IMG/VR virus record: IMGVR_UViG_2648501787_000018 | Length of the DNA stretch: 25,110 nucleotides | Reading direction: 5' to 3' (one strand) | DNA from: a virus | Lineage: Duplodnaviria > Heunggongvirae > Uroviricota > Caudoviricetes | In this document: positions 16,902 to 24,636 of the stretch, piece by piece | Position numbering within the stretch: the first letter of the stretch is position 1 | Layout: each line of letters opens with the position of its first letter | Notes under the pieces: generated by a model | The model's database searches: none | Told to the model about the DNA's origin: nothing | What the model saw: the letters and a program-made list of their open reading frames with translations, nothing else | Translations under genes and position numbers: made by a program

Positions 16902-17453
16902 TCATGCGTTAGTTTCTCCACAGACACAAAACGCCACGACGCCCGGAGCTGCACACTCGCGGGCGTCACTCTTTTCTGGAGCGCAGAAGATTTTGTAGAC
17001 CAGTGCTGCATGTTCCTGGAGCTTCGAAATTGACAGATACAACTCATCATTAATTGCTGTCTGCTCGTGTGGCTCCACGACCCCATCTTCGATTGCCGAA
17101 CGAATCTGCTTTGAGTAATTCCCGATCTGTTCGATGACTTCCAGCAGGCGCTGGTTTATATCGGCGTTCTCTACTTCCTCAATTTCAGGAAGCGATACGA
17201 ACACCCCACCAGCAGACTGTGCGACAGCATCCGCAATGTAGTGAGTGCCAGCCGCGCGCTGTAAAACCATTGCCCATCCCAGCGGGAAAATCTGATCGCC
17301 ATCTGCACGAAGGCGGTTGAATAAAGCGTTCTCTGTTACATCCAGCCAGTCAGCAGCTTCAGCGTAACCCCCAGGCAATGCCGCGATAGTTTTTCTGACA
17401 GCTTTCACGTGCCACTCAGGTTGTTTTTCCACTTTCCAGTGATGCTTACCCAC
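16902..17453 (-). CDS. CII-like phage regulatory protein (tentative, Phage_CP76-like)
   Basis: 183 aa, directly downstream of the cro-like gene in the cII position; GTG start with AGGAGG 6 nt upstream. Family from memory, moderate certainty. Confidence 0.55.
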   Translation of the reverse strand: MGKHHWKVEKQPEWHVKAVRKTIAALPGGYAEAADWLDVTENALFNRLRADGDQIFPLGWAMVLQRAAGTHYIADAVAQSAGGVFVSLPEIEEVENADINQRLLEVIEQIGNYSKQIRSAIEDGVVEPHEQTAINDELYLSISKLQEHAALVYKIFCAPEKSDARECAAPGVVAFCVCGETNA

Positions 17454-17706
17454 GGCTTACCTCCTGTTCCTGTGGTTTAAACCCATTCTGGTTTTGGCTA
17501 GATTGAAAACGTGCCGGATAAAGAATCTGCATTTCGCTGATTTCACCCTTAAAAAAATTGGCCAGACGTTCTGCAAGATCGATAGATGGAATTTGTTCCA
17601 GTCTTTCAATACGACTCAGCGTCGCTGGATTGACCTGAACGCCCGCAGCAACATGCTGCAAAGTAAATCCGTGCGCCTTACGCACATTCCGTAATGGTGA
17701 TTGCAT
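17446..17706 (-). CDS. cro: Cro-like HTH (XRE-family) regulator
   Basis: 86 aa; HTH (HGFTLQHVAAGVQVNPATLSRIE); divergent from the CI-type repressor across an operator-rich region; GGAGG RBS. Confidence 0.75.
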   Translation of the reverse strand: MQSPLRNVRKAHGFTLQHVAAGVQVNPATLSRIERLEQIPSIDLAERLANFFKGEISEMQILYPARFQSSQNQNGFKPQEQEVSRG

Positions 17707-17803
17707 ATAACCTCCACATATTGCGTGATGAGCATATTATTTCACGCAAATATTTTGCGCAAGTTGATTTGCTTAACGCGCAATAAAGAAATGTAATAAA
17801 CGC
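17707..17803. promoter_or_regulatory. Immunity-region operator/promoter (OR-like, divergent pR/pRM)
   Basis: Several dyad elements: TTGCGTGA-n13-TCACGCAA, CGCAAAtatTTTGCG, TTGCttaacGCGCAA, between divergent cro-like and cI-like starts. Confidence 0.6.
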
Positions 17804-18496
17804 ATGAACATAGGAAATCGAGTCAGACAACTTCGCCAGGCGAAGAACATGAAAATCGCCGATCTCGCTGAAGCAATAGGAGTGGATGCGGCGAATATCT
17901 CGCGCCTCGAAACAGGTAAGCAGAAACAATTCACTGAACAAGCCCTGAGTAATATTGCCAGGAGCTTAGGTGTTGATATTGCTGATCTCTTTACCTTAGA
18001 CCTCAAAAGTAATACTGTATGTAAAAACAGTATTAGTGAGGATGTTGCGCAGGTGAAGGATGTATTCCGTATTGAAATGCTGGATGTCAGTGCCAGTGCG
18101 GGAAATGGCCTTATCCAGGGCGGTGATGTCATTGATGTGATTCATGCCATTGAATACAGAACTGATAATGCTGTATCGATGTTTGGTGGACGACCAGCAA
18201 ATCACATTAAAGTTATCAACGTTCGTGGGGACAGTATGTGTCCAACCATTGAGCCAGGAGATCTCATCTTCGTTGATATCAGTATCAATCAGTTTGATGG
18301 GGATGGTATATATGTATTTGGTTTTGATGATAAAATTTACGTCAAACGACTGCAAATGATACCTGATAAACTGCTGGTAATTTCTGATAATCAGATTTAC
18401 CGCGAATGGGGAATTACCAGCGAAAACGAACACCGGTTTATGGTCTTTGGAAAGGTCTTAATCAGTCAGTCACAAACCCTTAAGCGACACAATTAA
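17804..18496 (+). CDS. cI: CI-type prophage repressor (HTH plus S24 LexA-like peptidase domain)
   Basis: 230 aa; N-terminal HTH (MKIADLAEAIGVDAANISRLETGKQ); C-terminal peptidase core (VRGDSMCPTIEPGDLIFVD ... IYVKRL) with Ser and Lys. Confidence 0.9.
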   Translation: MNIGNRVRQLRQAKNMKIADLAEAIGVDAANISRLETGKQKQFTEQALSNIARSLGVDIADLFTLDLKSNTVCKNSISEDVAQVKDVFRIEMLDVSASAGNGLIQGGDVIDVIHAIEYRTDNAVSMFGGRPANHIKVINVRGDSMCPTIEPGDLIFVDISINQFDGDGIYVFGFDDKIYVKRLQMIPDKLLVISDNQIYREWGITSENEHRFMVFGKVLISQSQTLKRHN

Positions 18497-18517
18497 CCCC
18501 CTACCTCAACATCAATT

Positions 18518-18540
18518 AGCCACCAGAAGGTGGCTTTTCA
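18518..18540 (+). terminator. Rho-independent terminator downstream of cI
   Basis: AGCCACC-agaa-GGTGGCT followed by TTTTC. Confidence 0.5.
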
Positions 18541-18552
18541 TTACCCATCAAA

Positions 18553-18591
18553 TTGCATATCTCGCAATAAAAACACTTGCATAATGCGCAA
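18553..18591. promoter_or_regulatory. Putative OL-like operators / pL region
   Basis: Two 15-bp dyads, TTGCatatctcGCAA (18553-18567) and TTGCataatGCGCAA (18577-18591); the second closely matches TTGCttaacGCGCAA in the OR region. Promoter hexamers not confidently placed. Confidence 0.4.
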
Positions 18592-19015
18592 CTTCATTTT
18601 ATCTTTCTTTCCAGACCTACAAACAAGGTACTAACAAAATTTGGTTGTAACACGGCGTATGGCACATGCGTCGTTAGCGGTCTGGGGACGTTAAAGGGGA
18701 CAATCCACTCCTTGCTCGGGCAAACAAACCAGGTAGCCGGAATGTGCAAGTCAATGATGATGCTGATAAGACGCCTAACCAGCGTGGCGATTCGGTTTGA
18801 CGCCTGGGAAGAGACCAGGGTGCAACGATGAGGGCATTTATGGAGCCGCGACAAAGTGTGGTGCCGTAACTGGCTAAGTGCTCTCAGCGTTGTGGTAATC
18901 CGCGAAATGGCGCGGCGGTAAGTATGGCGGGGTTACTCTTTCCCCGTTGAGGACACCGGATTGTCAGGTTGACCATACGCCTGAGTGACACCCCCACCAC
19001 AACAGCCACTGCTTT

Positions 19016-19062
19016 GGCGGTACCAGTTTGTACACTTGCTTCCGGCTGGTACCGCTCTTTTT
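19016..19062 (+). terminator. Putative terminator (tL-like) in the leader upstream of the left operon
   Basis: GGCGGTACCAG-n19-CTGGTACCGC followed by TCTTTTT. Confidence 0.4.
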
Positions 19063-19199
19063 ACAAAACAGAGAAGAGCATCACCGGACGACGGGCTCAT
19101 AACCCAATCCACCCGGGCGGCTGCCACCGCAGGTGTTCTTCTCTGTTTTGTGGAGAAACCAACCGACCTTGCAGGGTCGATATGATGAGGAGCAGCAAA

Positions 19200-19562
19200 A
19201 TGGCTAGCGAACGCAGTACTGATGTGCAGGCATTTATCGGGGAGCTGGACGGCGGCGTATTTGAAACCAAAATCGGCGCAGTTCTCAGTGAAGTCGCTTC
19301 CGGTGTGATGAACACGAAAACCAAAGGTAAGGTCTCGCTCAACCTGGAAATCGAACCGTTTGATGAGAACCGTGTGAAAATCAAACACAAACTCTCATAT
19401 GTTCGCCCGACTAACCGCGGGAAAATTTCCGAAGAAGACACCACCGAAACGCCGATGTATGTCAATCGCGGTGGTCGCCTGACTATTCTGCAGGAAGACC
19501 AGGGACAATTACTGACTCTTGCCGGTGAACCTGACGGAAAACTCCGCGCAGCAGGTCATTAA
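19200..19562 (+). CDS. YfdP-like phage protein (120 aa)
   Basis: Internal ATG at 19200 with GAGGAG 9 nt upstream; the track's longer form has no RBS. Size and position before a YfdQ-like gene match the CPS-53 order. Confidence 0.5.
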   Translation: MASERSTDVQAFIGELDGGVFETKIGAVLSEVASGVMNTKTKGKVSLNLEIEPFDENRVKIKHKLSYVRPTNRGKISEEDTTETPMYVNRGGRLTILQEDQGQLLTLAGEPDGKLRAAGH

Positions 19563-19627
19563 TATCGTTCTTAATTAACTGATTATTTATCTCATCACTG
19601 AATATCTTTATATAGTGAGGACTTATT

Positions 19628-20452
19628 ATGTCTCAGAACTTAGACGCAACCGCAATTAATCAAATCCATGCCCTTATTTCTGCTCAGGGTGTTAATGAAA
19701 TTATCAGTAAGATTGGAGCCGATGCTGTGGCATTGCCTGAGAATTTCCGCATTCATGATCTGGAAAAATTTAATTTAAATCGCTTCCGTTTCCGTGGTGC
19801 GCTTTCCACTGCCAGCATCGATGACTTTACCCGTTATTCTAAAGATCTTGCAGATGAAGGCACCCGCTGCTTTATCGATGCCGATAATATGCGAGCCGTC
19901 AGTGTGCTTAACCTGGGTACTATTGATGAACCAGGTCACGCAGATAACACCGCCACCCTCAAACTGAAAAAGACAGCACCGTTTTCTGCTCTGTTGTCTG
20001 TTAATGGCGAGCGTAACTCCCAGAAGTCACTGGCAGAATGGATTGAAGACTGGGCCGACTACCTTGTGGGCTTTGATGCTAATGGTGACACCATTCAGGC
20101 AACCAAAGCGGCCGCGGCAGTCCGTAAAATCACAATTGAAGCAAACCAGACCGCTGATTTTGAAGACAATGACTTCAGCGGCAAACGCTCCCTGATGGAG
20201 TCTGTCGAAGCGAAGACCAAAGACATTATGCCAGTGGCATTTGAATTTAAATGCGTTCCGTTTGAAGGCCTGAAAGAACGTCCGTTTAAATTACGCCTCA
20301 GCATTATCACTGGCGATCGTCCTGTACTGGTTCTGCGCATTATTCAGCTGGAAGCGATGCAGGAAGAAATGGCTAACGAATTTCGTGATCTGCTTGTTGA
20401 GAAATTCAAAGACAGCAAAGTAGAAACCTTTATTGGTACTTTCACCGCCTGA
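19628..20452 (+). CDS. YfdQ-like protein (DUF2303 family), 274 aa
   Basis: GAGGA RBS; length and neighbours fit CPS-53 YfdQ. Function unknown. Confidence 0.55.
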   Translation: MSQNLDATAINQIHALISAQGVNEIISKIGADAVALPENFRIHDLEKFNLNRFRFRGALSTASIDDFTRYSKDLADEGTRCFIDADNMRAVSVLNLGTIDEPGHADNTATLKLKKTAPFSALLSVNGERNSQKSLAEWIEDWADYLVGFDANGDTIQATKAAAAVRKITIEANQTADFEDNDFSGKRSLMESVEAKTKDIMPVAFEFKCVPFEGLKERPFKLRLSIITGDRPVLVLRIIQLEAMQEEMANEFRDLLVEKFKDSKVETFIGTFTA

Positions 20453-20580
20453 TTTCATTACTGCAAATGCCCCTGCGGGGGCATTTATGGAAACGTAATT
20501 AACTCAATAATCACCGGATGGTGAGAGCTTCCTTTTAGCAGAATTCAGCGCGGTGCAGCGCATATAAAGTGGAGACCGAA

Positions 20581-21117
20581 ATGTCATTTATTAAAACTTT
20601 TTCCGGGAAGCATTTTTATTATGACAAGATAAATAAAGACGACATCGTGATTAACGATATCGCAGTTTCCCTTTCAAATATCTGTCGCTTTGCAGGACAT
20701 CTTTCACACTTCTACAGCGTCGCCCAGCATGCGGTGCTTTGCAGCCAGCTGGTACCGCAGGAATTTGCTTTTGAAGCGTTAATGCATGATGCAACAGAAG
20801 CATATTGCCAGGACATCCCCGCTCCACTGAAACGCCTTCTTCCTGACTATAAACGGATGGAAGAAAAAATAGATGCCGTAATCCGTGAGAAATACGGGTT
20901 ACCCCCGGTTATGAGCACGCCTGTGAAATATGCCGATCTCATCATGCTGGCAACCGAACGCCGCGATCTCGGGCTTGATGATGGCTCTTTCTGGCCTGTA
21001 CTGGAAGGCATCCCGGCAACAGAGATGTTCAACGTGATTCCACTGGCACCGGGCCATGCCTACGGGATGTTTATGGAACGTTTTAACGAGTTATCGGAGT
21101 TACGCAAATGCGCATGA
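20581..21117 (+). CDS. HD-domain phosphohydrolase, YfdR-like 5'-deoxynucleotidase (178 aa)
   Basis: HD motif in ...FEALMHDATEAYCQDIP; ATG 20581 with GGAG 7 nt upstream (track ORF starts at a GTG 4 codons earlier). Confidence 0.75.
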   Translation: MSFIKTFSGKHFYYDKINKDDIVINDIAVSLSNICRFAGHLSHFYSVAQHAVLCSQLVPQEFAFEALMHDATEAYCQDIPAPLKRLLPDYKRMEEKIDAVIREKYGLPPVMSTPVKYADLIMLATERRDLGLDDGSFWPVLEGIPATEMFNVIPLAPGHAYGMFMERFNELSELRKCA

Positions 21118-21470
21118 ATGTTTTCGAAATGGAAGGGTTTCTTCGCGGGAAATGTGTACCGCGAGATCTGAAAGTGAACGAAACAAATGCTGAGTACCAG
21201 GTACGTAAATTCGATGCGCTTGAAGCTAAATGTGCGGCACTGGAAAACAAAATAATACCAGTGTCAGCTGAACTGCCACCAGCAAATGAAAGTGTTCTGT
21301 TATTTGATGCTAACGGAGAAGGCTGGCTAATTGGCTGGCGTTCTCTCTGGTACACCTGGGGACAAAAAGAAACCGGAGAATGGCAGTGGACATTTCAGGT
21401 CGGGGACCTTGAAAACGTCAATATCACTCACTGGGCAGTAATGCCGAAAGCACCGGAGAATAAGAAATGA
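21108..21470 (+). CDS. DUF551-like phage protein (YfdS-like, 120 aa)
   Basis: C-terminal ...NVNITHWAVMPKAPE resembles the DUF551 tail (ATHWMPLPEPP in the paralogue at 22573-23151). Start overlaps upstream stop. Confidence 0.55.
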   Translation: MRMNVFEMEGFLRGKCVPRDLKVNETNAEYQVRKFDALEAKCAALENKIIPVSAELPPANESVLLFDANGEGWLIGWRSLWYTWGQKETGEWQWTFQVGDLENVNITHWAVMPKAPENKK

Positions 21471-21670
21471 GCGTGATAAAAACTCATACAGGAATTGTTA
21501 TCACCCGAGACGGTCCGCAGGTAAAAAAACTGCACCAGACAAAGCGGATGTGGGTCGTCGGAAAAAACGAGTTTTACCACAAAGAAAACGGACGCCGCCA
21601 CTTTGCAGAAAATACTCGCCGCCGACTGCTGATCGATACCATCAAGCCTATCGAGGTGAAGCATGTTTAA
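21467..21670 (+). CDS. Hypothetical small protein (67 aa)
   Basis: ATGA overlap with upstream gene; GGAGA RBS. No motif recognised. Confidence 0.45.
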   Translation: MSVIKTHTGIVITRDGPQVKKLHQTKRMWVVGKNEFYHKENGRRHFAENTRRRLLIDTIKPIEVKHV

Positions 21671-21902
21671 ACAGAACGAAAAATCTATCGCTCAAATTGC
21701 TGAGTATATCCCGCGTGCGTGCCGGGGTATGCAGTTGCAGGAAGCCAAAGCACGCCTGGAGAAAAAAATTGCGCTCTATATCGATGACGGCTGTGATGCT
21801 GCCGTTCTTAACGCGGCGTTCGCGCCAGCTCTTAACAGTCATACGCGAGAGTCTTTTTTTTCGTGCATCGCTGCGCAGATCCGTAAAGGAGGCAACCAGT
21901 GA
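21663..21902 (+). CDS. Hypothetical small protein (79 aa)
   Basis: Start overlaps upstream stop; GAGGTGA RBS. Confidence 0.45.
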   Translation: MFKQNEKSIAQIAEYIPRACRGMQLQEAKARLEKKIALYIDDGCDAAVLNAAFAPALNSHTRESFFSCIAAQIRKGGNQ

Positions 21903-22297
21903 GCAAGATTGACTATCAGGCACTGCGTGAGGCGGCGGAACGTGCAATTCAAGCAATGGAACGCCTGTTAATGTTGCCAGCTGCTGATGATTTGTTAAGT
22001 GAACAGGAACTTAAAGATTACGGTGTGGATATTGATGTGCTCAACGCCTTCAAATTTCTGACCGGACCAGAAACCGTGCTGGCGCTGCTGGATGAACTAG
22101 AAGCTAAAAACAAACGCATTACAGAACTGGAAGCGAGGGAAGTTCAATTACCGACTCGCTACGACCTTCGATATGGGCACCCAATAAATGCTGATAAGCG
22201 ACATGTCATGATACCTAAAGAAAATGGCAGTTGGCTTTGCCTGATTGACTTAGAACACGCACTACGCGTCGCTGGCATTCGCATCAAAGGAGAGTGA
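21899..22297 (+). CDS. Ead/Ea22-like phage protein (tentative)
   Basis: GTG start overlapping upstream TGA with GGAGG 7 nt upstream; MSKIDYQALREAAERA... coiled-coil-like. Assignment by resemblance from memory. Confidence 0.4.
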   Translation: MSKIDYQALREAAERAIQAMERLLMLPAADDLLSEQELKDYGVDIDVLNAFKFLTGPETVLALLDELEAKNKRITELEAREVQLPTRYDLRYGHPINADKRHVMIPKENGSWLCLIDLEHALRVAGIRIKGE

Positions 22298-22298
22298 T

Positions 22299-22562
22299 AT
22301 GGCAACTTTGACAAAAAAGGAACAGGCATGGTTGAGCGAATTACAGAACGTTCTTGATCGCTGCCCGTCACCGAAAAAAATTGGTTTTTACACCATTGGC
22401 GATAAAAGCATTTACCTGTATGACCTACGCCGCATGGATGAAATCATGGAGGCTCTTGATGATCGTTCGTCAATGGATTGGTGTGTTGCTGTCCATGATA
22501 TGAATGCCGGATTTGAAGAAAAGATTTTGTTCCCCTCGTCAGTTGAAAGCACTGCGGGTTAA
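22299..22562 (+). CDS. Hypothetical small protein (87 aa)
   Basis: GGAGAG RBS; tightly spaced in the operon. Confidence 0.45.
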   Translation: MATLTKKEQAWLSELQNVLDRCPSPKKIGFYTIGDKSIYLYDLRRMDEIMEALDDRSSMDWCVAVHDMNAGFEEKILFPSSVESTAG

Positions 22563-22572
22563 GGAGTAACAC

Positions 22573-23151
22573 ATGACCACTATTACCAAAGAACGTATTG
22601 AATTGTTCATTAAAAATCCGCTTGGAAACGGACTTACCCGTGGCGAACAAATGGAACTGGCACGAATTGCACTGGCATCACTGGCAGCAGTATCGGATGA
22701 ACGAGCAGCCTATGAATTATTTATGGAGAAGCGTTTCGGGGAATCTGTAGATCGCCGCAGGGCGAAAAATGGCGATAGAGAATACATGGCATGGGATATG
22801 GCGCTTGGCTGGATTATCTGGTGTCACCGCGCCGCCATGCTTCAGGCTGGAAACTTTCGGGAAAATAAGGATTCGTCAACCAATAATTTTCGGGAAACCT
22901 CGGAAACGTCAACCAACTCTCCGGTAACTCCGGATAGTTGGATAAGCTGTAGTGAGCGAATGCCTGAGAAGAATCAGAACGTGCTCATTTCGGTGAATTT
23001 CGATAGCTCTCTGGTTGAACCGCTAATATGCTCCGCACGCTATACCGGAAGCACTTTTCGGCGCGGAGATGCAACGATTAAGTCGGGTAATGGTATTGAG
23101 CAAGCAACTCACTGGATGCCGCTACCGGAACCGCCGCAGGAGGTGAAGTGA
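22573..23151 (+). CDS. Phage protein with C-terminal DUF551 domain (192 aa)
   Basis: AAGGAG RBS; C-terminal ...IEQATHWMPLPEPPQEVK is the DUF551 signature. Confidence 0.6.
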   Translation: MTTITKERIELFIKNPLGNGLTRGEQMELARIALASLAAVSDERAAYELFMEKRFGESVDRRRAKNGDREYMAWDMALGWIIWCHRAAMLQAGNFRENKDSSTNNFRETSETSTNSPVTPDSWISCSERMPEKNQNVLISVNFDSSLVEPLICSARYTGSTFRRGDATIKSGNGIEQATHWMPLPEPPQEVK

Positions 23152-23723
23152 TGAACAACTTAATGATCAACCTTGAGACGATGGGGAAAAATAAGGATGC
23201 GCCGATCGTTTCTATTGGCGCGGTGTTCTTCACTCCAGAAACCGGAGACATCGGACAAGAATTCTATGCGGTTGTCAGCCTGGACAGTGCTATGAAGCAA
23301 GGAGCTACACCTGACGGCGATACCATCCTGTGGTGGTTGAAACAAAGCCCTGAAGCGCGAGCTGCAATCTGTATTGATGATACTTTGTCGATCAGCGATG
23401 CTCTCTCAGAACTAAACCATTTCATTAACCGGCACGCAGACAATACGAAATATTTAAAAGTCTGGGGTAACGGGGCCACCTTCGACAACGTAATTTTACG
23501 TGGAGCTTATGAGCGAGCAGGACAAATCTGCCCGTGGGCGTACTGGAATGACCACGATGTACGCACGATCGTTACGCTTGGGCGTTCCATCGGATTCGAC
23601 CCCAAAATGGACATGCCTTTCGATGGCGAACGGCACAACGCCCTGGCTGATGCCCGTCATCAGGCAAAATATGTTTCCGCTATCTGGCAGAAATTAATTC
23701 CTGCCACCAGCACAGAATTATGA
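23151..23723 (+). CDS. 3'-5' exonuclease (DnaQ-like fold), phage-encoded
   Basis: ATG 23151 with GGAGG 7 nt upstream; N-terminal MINLETMGKNKDAPIVSIGAVFF (Exo I-like acidic motif), later WGNGATFDNVIL and ERHNALADARHQAKY (Exo III-like H..AL.DA). Confidence 0.6.
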   Translation: MNNLMINLETMGKNKDAPIVSIGAVFFTPETGDIGQEFYAVVSLDSAMKQGATPDGDTILWWLKQSPEARAAICIDDTLSISDALSELNHFINRHADNTKYLKVWGNGATFDNVILRGAYERAGQICPWAYWNDHDVRTIVTLGRSIGFDPKMDMPFDGERHNALADARHQAKYVSAIWQKLIPATSTEL

Positions 23724-23759
23724 TTTTCCCGGGTGCAGCCGGTTTTGATGGAGAAAATT

Positions 23760-24032
23760 ATGAACACCTTGTTTTTACTGATGGCTGAATTCAATACCCC
23801 AAACATTGAACTCTCAGCAGTTAGCCAAAAGTACTTTGGCATGAGTCCAGCCACGGCAGAAGCAAAAGCAAACGCTTGTAAGTTGCCCGTTCCAACATAT
23901 CGCATCGGCACATCACAAAAAGCAAAACGTTGCATCAATATTCAGGATCTTGCGGAATACATAGACAAAAGGCGAGAAGAAGGGCGTGCTGAGTGGGAAA
24001 AAGTCAGAACGGAAAAACAAAAATATAACTAA
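23760..24032 (+). CDS. PrtN/excisionase-like small DNA-binding protein (about 90 aa)
   Basis: MNTLFLLMAEFNTPNIELSAVSQKYFGMSPATAEAKANACKLPVPTYRIG fits the PrtN/Xis-like pattern; internal ATG 23760 has GGAG 8 nt upstream (track start 23733). Confidence 0.55.
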   Translation: MNTLFLLMAEFNTPNIELSAVSQKYFGMSPATAEAKANACKLPVPTYRIGTSQKAKRCINIQDLAEYIDKRREEGRAEWEKVRTEKQKYN

Positions 24033-24045
24033 ACTAAAACTATGG

Positions 24046-24075
24046 ATAACCCGTATATGTACGGGTTATTTTTCT
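24046..24075. terminator. Terminator between convergent operons
   Basis: ATAACCCGTA-tatg-TACGGGTTAT followed by TTTTTC on the plus strand; overlaps the stop codon of the minus-strand gene. Confidence 0.55.
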
Positions 24076-24614
24076 TTATCACTATCTTTTCTTGATTTGA
24101 ACAATCCACTAACAACGAAACCAACCAAACCAACAATACTAATTGTACTTGTACCTAGTAATGCAACGATCGCTTCAACTGGAGGCTTTCCTTCATGTGC
24201 AATAAGAAACGATGTAAACATTGCGACAACGAATAAGCACCAACACGACATAAACCAAACCGTGAATGAGGCCATTTTTGTCCGAAGCTCATTGTCTATT
24301 TCTTTACCAGTTGCGTCAGCTATCTTATCCCGTACTTGTGATTTGAGCATATCAAGCTGAGCTTGAAGACTGTCCATTCTGTTCTGCTGCATAAACTCAT
24401 GCAATGCACCAGTATTAGAACCAAACTCTTCTGCCTCCAGAATAGCTTTATTTTCTGAAGAAGAATCATCGTCGCTCTCATGATTAGACGGCTCAAATGC
24501 AGATTTAAAAACCTGTTCTTGACTGTCAGTAGAGTTTAAGGATGCTTCAGAGCGACCATTTTCAACACCTGCGGCCGCTCCGATAAGTTTATAGATATCT
24601 GAATTGTGAGACAT
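24066..24614 (-). CDS. Hypothetical membrane protein (182 aa): acidic N-terminal region, two C-terminal TM helices; candidate toxin/effector partner of the upstream Panacea protein
   Basis: ATG 24614 with AGGGA upstream, 22 nt after the upstream gene's stop. TM segments FTVWFMSCWCLFVVAMFTSFLIA and AIVALLGTSTISIVGLVGFVVSGLF; AT-rich. Confidence 0.5.
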   Translation of the reverse strand: MSHNSDIYKLIGAAAGVENGRSEASLNSTDSQEQVFKSAFEPSNHESDDDSSSENKAILEAEEFGSNTGALHEFMQQNRMDSLQAQLDMLKSQVRDKIADATGKEIDNELRTKMASFTVWFMSCWCLFVVAMFTSFLIAHEGKPPVEAIVALLGTSTISIVGLVGFVVSGLFKSRKDSDKEK

Positions 24615-24636
24615 GTCATCCCTGAATATTACTTTT

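Noticed and set aside
17678-18433. Minus-strand ORFs (87, 119, 145 aa) overlapping cro and cI
   Set aside because: Antisense to the CI-type repressor, which has a clear HTH plus S24 peptidase; no independent support.
18577-18831. 84-aa plus-strand ORF downstream of the left operators as a candidate N antiterminator
   Set aside because: No Arg-rich N-terminal motif, no RBS, and a paired antisense ORF of equal length suggests chance; treated as part of a non-coding leader.
18969-19199. N-terminal 77-codon extension of the YfdP-like ORF
   Set aside because: No RBS at the upstream start, Cys/Pro/Arg-rich composition, and it would run through the 19016-19062 terminator; the internal ATG at 19200 has a GAGGAG RBS.
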